In this document: piece by piece, positions 49,423 through 60,007 of the stretch
Layout: each line of letters opens with the position of its first letter
Numbering within the stretch: position 1 is the first letter of the stretch
Origin: Phycisphaeraceae bacterium
GTDB taxonomy: Bacteria; Planctomycetota; Phycisphaerae; Phycisphaerales; Phycisphaeraceae
Direction of reading: 5' to 3'
DNA length: 64,000 bases
Assembly: GCA_963674705.1 (NCBI GenBank)
Contig: OY771506.1
Coordinates: 4,992,001-5,056,000, forward strand
Notes under the pieces: generated by a model
Seen by the model: the letters and a program-made list of their open reading frames with translations, nothing else
The model's database searches: none
Told to the model about the DNA's origin: nothing
Program-made: the position numbers and the translations under genes

Positions 49423-50172
49423 ATGGCAGAGAAAACCGAACAACGCGTGGCAATCGTGACCGGCGCCAGCCGAGGCATCGGCGAAGCGATCGCGCATGCT
49501 TTGGCCAAGCAAGGCCGGCACGTGGTGTGCGTGGCCCGGAATGCTGAAAAGCTGGCGGCGGTCGTCGAAGCGATCAAGGCGGACGGCGGCGCGGCATCGG
49601 TCAAGACATGCGACATGTCCGACGCTGAAGCGATCAGCAACCTGATCGAGGACGTCGCCAAGGAGCACGGCCGATTGGACATCCTGGTGAATAATGCCGG
49701 GATCACACGTGACAACCTGCTGCTGCGTATGTCGGACGAGGAGTTTGACGAGGTCATCCAGACGAACCTGCGGGGCGTTTTCGTGGCCTGCCGAGCAGCG
49801 CTGCGACCGATGATGCGTGGCAAATGGGGCCGGGTTATTAACTTAGGCTCGGTTTCGGGCCTGGTGGGTAACGCGGGGCAATCGAACTACGCGGCCGCCA
49901 AAGCCGCCCTCTCGGGCTTCACCCGCTCGCTGGGCAAGGAAATGGCTTCCAAGAACATCACGGCGAACGTGGTCGCTCCGGGCTTTATTCAGACAGATAT
50001 GACGGATGTGCTGCCCCAGGCGGTCAAGGACGGGGCGATCAAGGCGATCCCGCTGGGTCGGTTCGGTCAACCGGAGGAGATCGCCTCGGCCGTGGCGTAC
50101 CTGACAAGTGAGGAGGCCGGGTATGTGACCGGTCAGGTCTTGACCGTGGACGGCGGCATGACTATGTGTTAA
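49423..50172 (+). CDS. fabG: 3-oxoacyl-ACP reductase
   Basis: TGASRGIG, NNAGITRD, NYAAAK. Confidence 0.96.
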   Translation: MAEKTEQRVAIVTGASRGIGEAIAHALAKQGRHVVCVARNAEKLAAVVEAIKADGGAASVKTCDMSDAEAISNLIEDVAKEHGRLDILVNNAGITRDNLLLRMSDEEFDEVIQTNLRGVFVACRAALRPMMRGKWGRVINLGSVSGLVGNAGQSNYAAAKAALSGFTRSLGKEMASKNITANVVAPGFIQTDMTDVLPQAVKDGAIKAIPLGRFGQPEEIASAVAYLTSEEAGYVTGQVLTVDGGMTMC

Positions 50173-50316
50173 CAAGATTTAGAGGATCGATCCCGGAACG
50201 GTATAGGGTCTTGCCCGGTTTGGCAGGGTCGCCGGGTAACGATATATTCCAGCAACTTGAAATTGGCCAAGAGCCCCCACCGCCGCCCGAGGGTAGGTGA
50301 CCAGGAGACCAAGACT

Positions 50317-50559
50317 ATGGATGAACAGGAAATCCAGGAAAAAGTCATAGCCATCGTCGCAGAACAAATGGGCGTCGATAAGGGCGAAATCAACCGCGAC
50401 ACCAACTTCGTAAACGACCTCAACGCAGACAGCCTTGACACAGTCGAGCTGGTGATGGAGTTCGAAGACGAGTTTGAAACGTCGATCCCTGACGAGGAAG
50501 CGGAAAAGATCACGACCGTCGGCCAAGCCATCGACTTTATTAAAGAGCACGCCAAGTAA
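50317..50559 (+). CDS. acpP: acyl carrier protein
   Basis: [14 protein letters not shown]. Confidence 0.97.
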   Translation: MDEQEIQEKVIAIVAEQMGVDKGEINRDTNFVNDLNADSLDTVELVMEFEDEFETSIPDEEAEKITTVGQAIDFIKEHAK

Positions 50560-50692
50560 GCCAGGTGAGTAACCCTTTTATTGGGGTTAGCGTCCGGGAT
50601 TCACAGCAGTACGGCCCGTCGCCACAACGGGGCGGGCGGACCGCTTTACGGACGCACAAGCTGTGGCTTCCTTTGTTATTGAGAAGAAGACT

Positions 50693-51934
50693 ATGAGCGA
50701 TCGTCGCGTTGTCATCACCGGGATGGGTTGGGTTACCAGCCTGGGCGATTCTGTGGACGGGGTCTGGGACAAGCTGACCGCCGGCACAAGCGGGGTTGAC
50801 CTGATCACCCGCTTCAGCACGGATGACTTCACCACCAAGATTGGTGGGCAGGTCGCCATCGACTGGCATCCCAGCCATCTTGAAAAGCGTGAGTTGAAGC
50901 GTGTGGACCGGTTCACGGCCTACGCCCTGAACGCAACGATCGATGCGGTCAACGATTCGGGTCTGGACTTTGAAAAGGAAGACCCTTGGCGGTGCGGTTC
51001 GATCATCGGCACCGGCATCGGCGGGATCGAAGAGTTCGAGATGGGCTCGATGAAACTGCTGTCCAAGGGACCCGAGCGGGTAAGCCCGTTCACCATCCCC
51101 AAGCTGATGTGCAATGCGGCGGCGGGCAATATCTCGATCCGTTACGGGCTGCGCGGTCCCAACTCGGCGATCGCTACCGCCTGTGCGTCGGCAGCCCACG
51201 CCATCGGCGAAGCGGCTCAGAGCATCCGCCACGGCGTGTCCGACATCATGATTACAGGCGGTTCAGAAGCGGCGGTGACCCCACTGGGGGTGGCTGCATT
51301 CATCGCGCTCAAGGCGCTATCCAGGCGTAACGATCAACCGCAGAAGGCGTCACGCCCCTTTGATAAGGATCGAGACGGCTTCGTCCTTGCCGAAGGCGCC
51401 GGAATCATCGTTCTTGAAGAGCTTGAGCACGCCAAGGCGCGCGGCGCGAAGATTTACGCCGAGGTTCTGGGTTTCGGTCAATCTGCTGACGCCTCGCATA
51501 TCACCGCACCTGACGAGCAAGGACGGGGCGCGGCTCATGCCATGCAACTGGCGATTCAAGACGCCGGATTGAATCTGGAAGACCTGGACTACATCAACGC
51601 TCACGGCACGAGTACGGGTCTGGGTGATATCGCTGAGGCTCGGGCGATCAAATCACTGTTCAAGGACCACGTCAAGGACCTGGCGGTCAGCTCGACCAAG
51701 AGCATGACGGGCCACCTGCTGGGCGCTTCGGGCGGCGTCGAAGCGATCATCACCGCCAAGACGATCCAGACAGGCGTGATCCCACCCACCATCAACCTGG
51801 ACAACCCGGACGACGAGTGTGACCTGGACTTTGTGCCGCACACCGCTCGCGAGGCCCGGGTGAAGGTCGCTATGAGCAATTCGTTTGGCTTCGGCGGCCA
51901 CAATGTCAGCCTCCTGCTGGGGCAGAAACCCTGA
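50693..51934 (+). CDS. fabF: beta-ketoacyl-ACP synthase II
   Basis: TACAS, INAHGTST, GHLLGA, NSFGFGG. Confidence 0.96.
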   Translation: MSDRRVVITGMGWVTSLGDSVDGVWDKLTAGTSGVDLITRFSTDDFTTKIGGQVAIDWHPSHLEKRELKRVDRFTAYALNATIDAVNDSGLDFEKEDPWRCGSIIGTGIGGIEEFEMGSMKLLSKGPERVSPFTIPKLMCNAAAGNISIRYGLRGPNSAIATACASAAHAIGEAAQSIRHGVSDIMITGGSEAAVTPLGVAAFIALKALSRRNDQPQKASRPFDKDRDGFVLAEGAGIIVLEELEHAKARGAKIYAEVLGFGQSADASHITAPDEQGRGAAHAMQLAIQDAGLNLEDLDYINAHGTSTGLGDIAEARAIKSLFKDHVKDLAVSSTKSMTGHLLGASGGVEAIITAKTIQTGVIPPTINLDNPDDECDLDFVPHTAREARVKVAMSNSFGFGGHNVSLLLGQKP

Positions 51935-52083
51935 TCCCGGGCACAAGGCCTCCCAGATTTGCGAATCCACCGCGCCCTGAATCCACAGTCGCGGCAAAGT
52001 CCGGATAAGGTTGTCAGTATTCGCCACGGCACGCGACGTGACCTATACTGCCAGACTTTTCACGAACACTCCCGAGGTAATCC

Positions 52084-54453
52084 ATGAAGGTATGGATCAC
52101 GATCCTGGCGATCCTCATCGGGGTAGCGGTAATCCTGGGCGTCAAGATGCAGTCCGCCCAGACCAACGCCCCGAGTAACCGGTCCGCCCAAGTCAGCAAC
52201 GAAACCACGGCACCGGCCGGCGATGCGCCGACTGAGGCAACGGATGAGCAAGTCGCTGATACGGCTGGGGCGGCTGACACGGCAACCGATGCGGCCTCCG
52301 AATCACAAGACGAGGCCGCAGCCGAGACCAAGACCGAGGTAACTGAAGCCGAGAAAACGGCGGATGCGGCTGATGGCACCACGGCTACGGAAAAGGCATC
52401 CGCAAAAAATGATAAGCAGACAACTGAGAGCCACGTGGATCCGATCCCGGGTCTGCACGCGGTCGAAGTCGATGCACAAGTTACCCGTGATGTGACCATC
52501 GGGTATACCGGGCAAGAGGCTGATGGTTCTACGACACAGAAGTCCCCCTTCAAGATGGGTGTCAAGCTCAGCCGCTACGGCGCGGCAGTCCACCGCATCA
52601 CCCTGACAGACTACCTCAAGACCGTCGGCAAAGCGGATCACTACATCGTCCTCGATGAACTGAGGTTTGAAAAGAAGCCCAATGCCGAGTGGTTCGCGTA
52701 CGCCGCCAAGGCGATCACTGTCAATGGCACGCGCATCCCGCTGGAAACCAATCTTGTCTGGGTGACCGGCGACGTCAAAACCGACAACAAGACTTCGAGC
52801 GTCAGCTACACCGCAACGATCGCTGATGGAAACAAAGAGCCGGTGCTGGAAGTCATCCGTACATACAGCCTCACAGCCGACAGCTACGACCTGTCGCTCG
52901 ATCAACGGATCATCAACAAGACCGGCAAAGCATTAGAGGTCCGCTGGGAGCAGAACTTCCAGGGCGACCTTGTCAATGACTCGGGTTATCTTGGGGATCG
53001 TCGAAAATATGTCAGCGGGTACTTCGCCCCGTGGTGGGACAGCACACGTGAAGGCATCTATACACAGGGTGCTGAATTGGTGCGGTCCAAGATCGTCGGC
53101 TCGAAGCGGGCGGATATCTGGCCGGTACGTGGTTTGAACCCTGAAGCGGAACTGACGTGGATCGGCTCATTGAACCGCTACTTCGCGGTCGTCACGCACG
53201 CGGAACTGAATGAGAGCGTGCAGAAGACCGCGGATGTGCCTCGCCTGGACACGATGTTCCCGAAGATCGATCCGTCGATCGCGGTTAGAGACGGCGTGGC
53301 TGAACCGAAGGACGCCGACAAACTGATGATCATCACGGCCGGGACGGATACGCTCGATCTGCCTGCCCACGATGAGAAGGACCTGGGGCTGGGCATCTTC
53401 GCCGGCCCGCGCGAACCTGAACTGTTTACCAATCCCCCCTACTCGACCCTGCACCTGGACCAGACGATCGTGTACAGCCTCGGCGGGATGTGCGCGTTCT
53501 GCACGTTCCAGTGGCTGGCCCACATCCTGCTGTGGCTGCTGAAGCTGTTCGAAGGCCAGGTGCTGGTCATCGGCGGGCTCGGTATCGGTGTGCACGACTG
53601 GGGCGTGTCGATCATCCTGCTGGTTATGCTCGTGCGTCTGCTGCTGCACCCGCTGACTAAGCGTGCACAGATCAACATGATGAAGATGGGCAAGATGATG
53701 CAGGCCATCCAGCCCGAGGTCGAGAAACTCAAGAAGAAGTACAAAGACGATCAGCAGAAGATCAACGCCGAGATGATGAAGCTCTACAAGGAGAAAGGCG
53801 TTAATCCTGCGAACATGCTCGGTTGCCTGCCCATGTTCCTGCAGACGCCGATCTGGATCGCGTTGTATGCGATGCTTTACTACGCGATCGAATTGCGGCA
53901 TCAGCATGCGTTCTGGGGCTTGTTCCAAAAGGGCTCTCATCTTGTCTCGGGAGGCGCTTGGGATTGGGGTTTCCTGGCCGACCTGTCGCGGGCCGACAAC
54001 TTCTTTGTCGTATTTGAACAACCGGTCAAGCTCAACCTGCTTCTGATCCACCCGGACTTCCAGGCGATCAATATCCTGCCGATCCTCATGGCGGTGGTGT
54101 TCTACTTCCAGCAGAAGTTCACGACGCCACCGCCGGCCAACGAGCAGCAGGCCCAGCAGCAGAAGATGATGAAGTTCATGGTCTTCCTGTTCCCGGTCTT
54201 CCTCTACTCGGCGCCGTCGGGTCTGACGCTGTACATCCTCGCCTCGACCACGGCCGGCGTCATCGACAGCTACATCGTGCGTAAGCACATCAAGGAACAG
54301 GAAGAGTCCGGCGAACTGTTTGCCAAGAAACCGCCTAAACCCGGCGGGCTGCGTGACCGGTTCGGCAAGATCATGGAAGCCAAACAGGCCCAAATCGCTG
54401 CCCAGCAACAACAGATGCAGCAGAAGAACTACAAGCAGCGTAAGAAGAAGTAA
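52084..54453 (+). CDS. yidC: membrane protein insertase YidC
   Basis: WGVSII...VRLLLHPL, GVNP...GCLP..LQ.PI, PSGLTLY; long acidic N-terminal linker. Confidence 0.94.
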   Translation: MKVWITILAILIGVAVILGVKMQSAQTNAPSNRSAQVSNETTAPAGDAPTEATDEQVADTAGAADTATDAASESQDEAAAETKTEVTEAEKTADAADGTTATEKASAKNDKQTTESHVDPIPGLHAVEVDAQVTRDVTIGYTGQEADGSTTQKSPFKMGVKLSRYGAAVHRITLTDYLKTVGKADHYIVLDELRFEKKPNAEWFAYAAKAITVNGTRIPLETNLVWVTGDVKTDNKTSSVSYTATIADGNKEPVLEVIRTYSLTADSYDLSLDQRIINKTGKALEVRWEQNFQGDLVNDSGYLGDRRKYVSGYFAPWWDSTREGIYTQGAELVRSKIVGSKRADIWPVRGLNPEAELTWIGSLNRYFAVVTHAELNESVQKTADVPRLDTMFPKIDPSIAVRDGVAEPKDADKLMIITAGTDTLDLPAHDEKDLGLGIFAGPREPELFTNPPYSTLHLDQTIVYSLGGMCAFCTFQWLAHILLWLLKLFEGQVLVIGGLGIGVHDWGVSIILLVMLVRLLLHPLTKRAQINMMKMGKMMQAIQPEVEKLKKKYKDDQQKINAEMMKLYKEKGVNPANMLGCLPMFLQTPIWIALYAMLYYAIELRHQHAFWGLFQKGSHLVSGGAWDWGFLADLSRADNFFVVFEQPVKLNLLLIHPDFQAINILPILMAVVFYFQQKFTTPPPANEQQAQQQKMMKFMVFLFPVFLYSAPSGLTLYILASTTAGVIDSYIVRKHIKEQEESGELFAKKPPKPGGLRDRFGKIMEAKQAQIAAQQQQMQQKNYKQRKKK

Positions 54454-54480
54454 AAGCTAGCTTGGCATGGTTTATCCGGT

Positions 54481-54599
54481 CCCCTCTCCCCCTGGGAGAG
54501 GGTTAGGGTGAGGGCCGGATAGGATTGCATGAACAGTATCAAAGTCGACTCGGGGAATGAGTAGCCCTCACCCCGGCCCTCTCCCAAGGGGAGAGGGGG
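54481..54599. repeat. CCCTCTCCC/GGGTGAGGG inverted palindrome doublet
   Basis: CCCCTCTCCCCCTGGGAGAGGGTTAGGGTGAGGG ... CCCTCACCCCGGCCCTCTCCCAAGGGGAGAGGGG. Confidence 0.88.
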
Positions 54600-54644
54600 T
54601 AAGACTTATTTGTAAACGAGCGCGTCAATCATCTATCACGACGC

Positions 54645-56027
54645 ATGCAACCATTAACGAACAATCAAGACACCATCGTCGCGGTCAGCTCGCCGCCGGG
54701 CCGATCGCTGCGGGGATTGATCCGTTTAAGTGGTGATGATACACACGACATCCTCAGCAAACTGATCGTCGATCCCGTCGACAATGTGTCGCTACGCACG
54801 CTAAGCAAGGTCCGGCTGAAGTCGCCCGATATGCCGGCGTTACTAAGCGTATTTAAAAATCCGCACAGCTACACCGGGCAGGACACGGCCGAACTTCAGG
54901 TGCCGGGTCATCCCGCACTGCTGGATCGGTTGATGCATCAGATGATCGACGCCGGCGCGAGGCTTGCCGAGCCGGGTGAGTTCACGTTTCGCGCGTTCTT
55001 AGCGGGCAAACTCGACCTGACACAAGCCGAGGGCATCGCCGCAACGATTCGGGCGACCAGCGACACGCAACTCAAAGCAGCGCAGCATTTACTTGATGGT
55101 GAACTTGGCGGGTTTGCGCGCGAACTGGTTGATGAACTGGGCACACGCCTGGCGCTGGTCGAAGCGGGGATCGACTTTACGGACCAGGAAGATGTCGTGC
55201 CGATCGGGCCGGGCGAGTTGGATGAACGGTTATCGATGATCGAAGCTCGGTTAACAGAACTGTTAAGTAACAGCCGGTCGTGGAGCGAGGTCGAGGCGTT
55301 GCCTTGGGTGGTGCTGGTCGGTGCACCGAGTGCGGGTAAGAGCACGCTATTCAATGCGCTACTCGGTAAAGAGCGTGCGGTGATCGATGCGGTGCCGGGC
55401 ACAACGCGGGATGTTCTGTGCGAACCGGTGAAACTTAAGACGCAAGACGGCACGGAACGTGAATGGATGCTCGTGGATATCGCGGGCCTTGATGAATCGA
55501 TCAACCCGGATTCACCTTTGGATAAGCAGTCGCAAGCTGTTGCACACGAGGCGATCGAGCGGGCGGATTTGATCGTGCGCGTGGTGGATGGCTCGCAAGT
55601 GCAATCAGTCTCACCAAACGTTCCAAACAACTGCCCCACCATGACCGTCTTGACCAAGGCGGACCTGCCCGGCAATGCGCCGGTATCCTGCAACGATGTG
55701 TTGCATGTCAGCGCCGCGACCGGACAGAACATCGCTCGTTTGCGCGACATGATCGGCGAACAACTGGGGCGGTCCGCGGTGAGTGTGAGCGCGGAGATGC
55801 TTACCTTGCAGCCACGGCATGAGCAGTCGCTGCGTTCAGCTGCGCAGGAACTGGCCCTTGCCCGTCAGCAGCTAGCCCATCAACTGGATGCTCACGCGAT
55901 CGAAGATGTCGAACTGATCGCCGGGCATCTTCGCCAAGCCCTGGACGATCTGGCCGCCCTGGGAGGGCAACTGAGCCCGGATGACGTGATCGGCCGGGTG
56001 TTCTCGACGTTTTGTGTGGGTAAATAG
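54645..56027 (+). CDS. mnmE: tRNA modification GTPase MnmE
   Basis: DTIVA, AEPGEFT.RAF, GAPSAGKST, GTTRD, FCVGK C-terminus. Confidence 0.95.
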   Translation: MQPLTNNQDTIVAVSSPPGRSLRGLIRLSGDDTHDILSKLIVDPVDNVSLRTLSKVRLKSPDMPALLSVFKNPHSYTGQDTAELQVPGHPALLDRLMHQMIDAGARLAEPGEFTFRAFLAGKLDLTQAEGIAATIRATSDTQLKAAQHLLDGELGGFARELVDELGTRLALVEAGIDFTDQEDVVPIGPGELDERLSMIEARLTELLSNSRSWSEVEALPWVVLVGAPSAGKSTLFNALLGKERAVIDAVPGTTRDVLCEPVKLKTQDGTEREWMLVDIAGLDESINPDSPLDKQSQAVAHEAIERADLIVRVVDGSQVQSVSPNVPNNCPTMTVLTKADLPGNAPVSCNDVLHVSAATGQNIARLRDMIGEQLGRSAVSVSAEMLTLQPRHEQSLRSAAQELALARQQLAHQLDAHAIEDVELIAGHLRQALDDLAALGGQLSPDDVIGRVFSTFCVGK

Positions 56028-56121
56028 GGATGGGGGGTTCGGGATTGGTGATTGGGATAAGATCAAAAAAGTACAGACGAAAATCGAATCCCCAACCCCT
56101 AATCCCCAATCCCGAATCTCG
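56026..56121. repeat. inverted repeat with 7-nt tandem arms (GGGATTG/CAATCCC)
   Basis: gggatggggggttcgggattggtgattggga ... aatccccaacccctaatccccaatcccgaatctcg. Confidence 0.8.
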
Positions 56122-56141
56122 CTACAATCTCCCGTTCAGCC

Positions 56142-56627
56142 ATGGCCAAGAAGAAAGAACAATCGAAGAACCTCAACCCGCGGATCGCGAATCGGCGGGC
56201 GTACCACGATTACCACATCAGCGAGAAGTTCGAGGTGGGGATCGTGCTGACAGGCAGCGAGGTCAAGTCGATCCGCAACGGGCAGGTCTCATTGGCGGAA
56301 GGTTTTGCCATGGTCGAGCCGAACACGATGGAGCTTTGGCTGCACAACGTGGAGGTTTCGCCCTACACGCACGCCGGCCCGCAGAACCAGCACGAACCGA
56401 AACGCAATCGCAAGCTGCTGGCCCGCAAGCGAGAGATCAAGCTGATCCACAACAAACTCGTCAGCAAGGGCGTCACTCTCGTCCCACTGGCGATGTTCTT
56501 CACGCGCGGCAAGATCAAGGTCGAGATCGGCGTCGGCACAGGCAAGAAAGCCTTCGACAAACGCCAGGACATGAAAAAACGCGACGCGGATCGAGAGATC
56601 CGGCGGGGCATGTCTAAACGGATGTAA
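56142..56627 (+). CDS. smpB: SsrA-binding protein
   Basis: NRRAYHDY, GIVLTGSEVKS, RKLL, GKK..DKR. Confidence 0.97.
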   Translation: MAKKKEQSKNLNPRIANRRAYHDYHISEKFEVGIVLTGSEVKSIRNGQVSLAEGFAMVEPNTMELWLHNVEVSPYTHAGPQNQHEPKRNRKLLARKREIKLIHNKLVSKGVTLVPLAMFFTRGKIKVEIGVGTGKKAFDKRQDMKKRDADREIRRGMSKRM

Positions 56628-56633
56628 TACTTT

Positions 56634-56750
56634 TTAGCCGCGAATGAACGCTAATAAACGCAAATGGGGATGGGGATTAATCTGATGTGAAGAAATAGAA
56701 TCTAGTTTGATACTTCTGATTCGCGTGTATTTGCGTCCATTTGCGGCTAA
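56634..56750. repeat. inverted repeat with 10-nt tandem arms
   Basis: TTAGCCGCGAATGAACGCTAATAAACGCAAAT ... ATTCGCGTGTATTTGCGTCCATTTGCGGCTAA. Confidence 0.85.
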
Positions 56751-56765
56751 CTCTGGATTCCTGCC

Positions 56766-57941
56766 TTGATCCGCCTTTTACTTTTCATCACCTTTGTTGA
56801 ATCGCTGGTTACCTCGCTGGTTGAGCGCGGGATTCTTTTCTATGCCGAGGACCAGCTCGACTTCAGCCGATCGTTAAACCTCTGGCTGGCGTTATTGTTT
56901 GGCTTGTCTTACATGGCCGGGGCGTTTGTCAGCCACGGAGCGGCGCGCCGGTTCGGCGAACGCCGGTGGCTGATGGGGATGGTGCTCGGGCACATCGTCT
57001 TGAACCTGTCGCTGGCGACTGAGCCGGGGGCACTGTGGGTGTTTATCCTCAACTCGCTGCTGGGCTTCACCTCCGGCTCGAAGTGGCCTGTCGTGGAAAG
57101 CTATGTCAGCGCGGGGCTGACACCGAGGCAGGCGGTCACGACGATCGGCCGGTTTAACATGTCATGGAGTTCGGCGGTCGTAATCGCGGTGGCGATCAGC
57201 GGGATGCTGATCGAGTTCTGGCCACCGAGTTTGTTCCTCTTCCCCGGATCGGTAAACATCGGTGTGTTTTTCATCCTGTTTTTGCTGCCCAAACGTCCGA
57301 CGCATCTCGAACAGGACCACCCGGACCGCCCGACCGAAAGGCAGGTCGCCCGGCTCAAATCACTGCTGGCGTCCAGCCGATGGTCGATGTTCGGCAGCTA
57401 CACGCTCTTGTTCCTGCTGGCGACACAGCAGCCGTTCATCTTCGGGGATCGGCTCAATATCGACACCGGGCCCGCCACCGCCTACTCATCCGTGATCGAC
57501 CTCGCTCGATTCGTGGCGTTCTTCGCGATGTGGTTGTGTATCGGCTGGCACGGCAAGCGGTGGGTGCTGATCCTCGGGACGATACTGCTGCCGGCCGGTT
57601 TCCTGCTGACGCTGCTTGGCGCGAATCTGCCAACCGTGCTGGTGGGTGAGTTGCTGTTCGGGATCGCGGCGGGCATCACGTATTACGCTGCGTTGTATTA
57701 CGCACTGGTCGTAGAAAACGCTGCGGTCGAAGCGGGTGGCGCGCATGAGGGACTGATCGGCTCAGGCTTCGCGGTCGGCCCGGCGCTTGGATTGATCGGT
57801 GTGTACATCGGCGCCGCCGGTGCGGGTAGCGCAGGACTCATTGCGCTAAGCAGTTCGCCCTTCCTGATCATCTGCGCAGGCGCAAGCATCTGGATGCTGC
57901 GCGGGGCGAAGATGGGTGATCAATTCCACTTCCCGGAATAA
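56766..57941 (+). CDS. MFS transporter
   Basis: about 12 hydrophobic segments; ARRFGERR loop motif; TTG start. Confidence 0.8.
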   Translation: MIRLLLFITFVESLVTSLVERGILFYAEDQLDFSRSLNLWLALLFGLSYMAGAFVSHGAARRFGERRWLMGMVLGHIVLNLSLATEPGALWVFILNSLLGFTSGSKWPVVESYVSAGLTPRQAVTTIGRFNMSWSSAVVIAVAISGMLIEFWPPSLFLFPGSVNIGVFFILFLLPKRPTHLEQDHPDRPTERQVARLKSLLASSRWSMFGSYTLLFLLATQQPFIFGDRLNIDTGPATAYSSVIDLARFVAFFAMWLCIGWHGKRWVLILGTILLPAGFLLTLLGANLPTVLVGELLFGIAAGITYYAALYYALVVENAAVEAGGAHEGLIGSGFAVGPALGLIGVYIGAAGAGSAGLIALSSSPFLIICAGASIWMLRGAKMGDQFHFPE

Positions 57942-57996
57942 ATCGAATACAAAATCAAAAGTCAGGCCCGATAGCTATTCGCTAACGATGATAATC

Positions 57997-58083
57997 TCAC
58001 CGCAGAGTACGCAGAGATCGCATAGAATATTCTTTAAAAAACAATCTCTTTCTTCTCTGTGTCCTCTGCGTACTCTGCGGTGA
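57997..58083. repeat. inverted repeat with 9-nt tandem arms
   Basis: TCACCGCAGAGTACGCAGAG ... CTCTGCGTACTCTGCGGTGA. Confidence 0.88.
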
Positions 58084-58139
58084 ATATATCTCTTCCCCAC
58101 ACCCTATTCTGTGCTTTTTTTGGCAAAAACAAAAGTCAT

Positions 58140-59030
58140 TCACATAAGTTCATCACGTAAGGCGGCTTGGAGTGTGGCGTGTTTGAAGTTGTAACCGGTT
58201 TGCAGAAGCACGGTCGGCTCGACGCGCTGGCTGACCAGTAGCGCTTCATCGGCGAATTGACCGAATGCGAGGCGCAGGCCGAACGGTGGCGCTGGAAAAA
58301 TGGCCGGTCGGTTCAGGATGCCGGAGAGCGTGCTGGTGAAGTCTTTGTTGGTCACAGGCTCGGGCGTGACGAAGTTGACCGGGCCGGCGATGTGGGGTTG
58401 TTCGATCAGGTAAAGCATCGCCTCGACCGTGTCGTGGAGGCTGATCCAGCTCATCCACTGTAAGCCGCTACCCAATCGGCCGCCTAAGCCGAATTTGAAT
58501 AACGGCAGCATCTGCTTGAGCGCCCCGCCCTGCTTCGATAACACGATGCCGAAGCGCGGGTGCACGACGCGTATGCCTGCATCGGCTGCGGGTTTGGCTG
58601 CATCTTCCCAGGCCATTGCGACGACGGGCAGGAAGCCTTCACCTAGTTCGCTGGATTCATCGACAGCGGTGTCGCCGCTATCGCCGTAAAAACCGATGGC
58701 CGAGGCGCTGATTAGGACCTTGGGTTTATGGTTGAGGCCGGCGAGGGTGGATGCGAGCAGGCGTGTACCATCAACGCGACTATCGCGGATGGCTTTCTTC
58801 TTTTCGATCGTCCACTTGCCGAAGACGGATTCACCGGCAAGGTGGATCACTGCGTCAAGAGCCTCGAGCGGCGTCGGGTTCAACTGCGCATGCGGGATCG
58901 ACCAGCGTACATCCGGCGGACGTGACGCATGGTACCGCCCGATCCGGATGACCTCGTGCCCGTCCTCGTTGAATCTTGCCGACAAGGCGCTACCGATCAG
59001 CCCGCCCGCCCCTGTGATCGCGATCCGCAT
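58140..59030 (-). CDS. TIGR01777-family NAD-dependent epimerase-like protein
   Basis: ITGAGGLIG, IHLAGE, SASAIGFYG, GLGGRLGSG.QWMSWI. Confidence 0.92.
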   Translation of the reverse strand: MRIAITGAGGLIGSALSARFNEDGHEVIRIGRYHASRPPDVRWSIPHAQLNPTPLEALDAVIHLAGESVFGKWTIEKKKAIRDSRVDGTRLLASTLAGLNHKPKVLISASAIGFYGDSGDTAVDESSELGEGFLPVVAMAWEDAAKPAADAGIRVVHPRFGIVLSKQGGALKQMLPLFKFGLGGRLGSGLQWMSWISLHDTVEAMLYLIEQPHIAGPVNFVTPEPVTNKDFTSTLSGILNRPAIFPAPPFGLRLAFGQFADEALLVSQRVEPTVLLQTGYNFKHATLQAALRDELM

Positions 59031-59092
59031 GATGTGTCCTCGCTCAAGTTTTGAACTGCACAATCATACCCGCACAAATGAGTAAAGTCGGC

Positions 59093-59962
59093 CTAGGGGG
59101 CGTTGGAAATGTCATTCAGCTTCCAGTCGTAGTCCAGCCATTTGATTGTAGGCTTCTGCCCGGCGTCGATCGCCCGGCGTACTTCAGGCGCCTGGTCGGC
59201 GACATAATCCAGCACGCTGTCGGCTACCGCTTTGAAGTCGTCGCCATACCAATCGTAGAGCGCGGTGAGATAGAGTGTGTTGTTACGCTTGTCGAATCTG
59301 TACCAGCGCGGATGTGAATGCGTGTACGCGGTCTGGTCGCTGAGCTGTTTTTCGAGTTGCTCACCGACGTAGGCTTCATTGCGGAGCTTCGGGCAACTGT
59401 ACGCGGCACATACGAGCGCAAAATGGATGCGTGGCTCCTTGAATTTGGCGCGGATTAATTCGTGTTCGATCTGGTTAAGGCTGTAGGTTTTGCCCGCCAG
59501 ATGCCAGCGCTTGTGATCCCAGCGCTTGGCTTCGGGGATGTCGCGGATACTGTCGATTGGGTAGTAATCGAGGATCAGCCGGAGTGTGAAGGCGTTGTAG
59601 GCGTTGATGAGCAAGGCCAGTTTGTCATCGCGGCTAAGCTCAGCAAACGGGACGTCGGCCAGCAAGGCGATGTACCGATCGAGTTGATCTGCATCTTTGC
59701 TCAGTAATTCATAATCGACCCAGCCGTCGGGATCGACGTGTTTTTTCAGCAGGCTGTCAAAGGTGCTGTGGTCGACCTTTGTTGCAGGGGCTGCCGGGGA
59801 ATCGGTATAGGCTTCCGCCATGACAACGGACGGCGGGCCGAAGGTTTTGACGCCCCACTTATGCAGCCAGCCGTGGTCGCCCGAGCCGGCTACCAGCGAC
59901 CAGACCGCGGCCCCCACCGCTATCGATACAAGTATTCTGTTGATCCAACGTTTGTTTAACAT
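59093..59962 (-). CDS. DUF547-domain protein
   Basis: INAYNAFT, SLNQIEH, PRIHFALVCAAYSCP, YDWKLN. Confidence 0.9.
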   Translation of the reverse strand: MLNKRWINRILVSIAVGAAVWSLVAGSGDHGWLHKWGVKTFGPPSVVMAEAYTDSPAAPATKVDHSTFDSLLKKHVDPDGWVDYELLSKDADQLDRYIALLADVPFAELSRDDKLALLINAYNAFTLRLILDYYPIDSIRDIPEAKRWDHKRWHLAGKTYSLNQIEHELIRAKFKEPRIHFALVCAAYSCPKLRNEAYVGEQLEKQLSDQTAYTHSHPRWYRFDKRNNTLYLTALYDWYGDDFKAVADSVLDYVADQAPEVRRAIDAGQKPTIKWLDYDWKLNDISNAP

Positions 59963-60007
59963 GGTTTGCTCCGAGCCGGTTTGGACTGACTACAATAGCC
60001 AACGACC

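Noticed and set aside
53167..54411. Long antisense ORFs (also 7041-8249, 40672-41832, 59990-61033, 38443-39345)
   Set aside because: These are shadow frames of well-supported genes in GC-rich DNA with no recognisable motifs.
56628..56765. tmRNA next to smpB
   Set aside because: The spacer is too short and lacks tRNA-like ends; it is a periodic inverted repeat.
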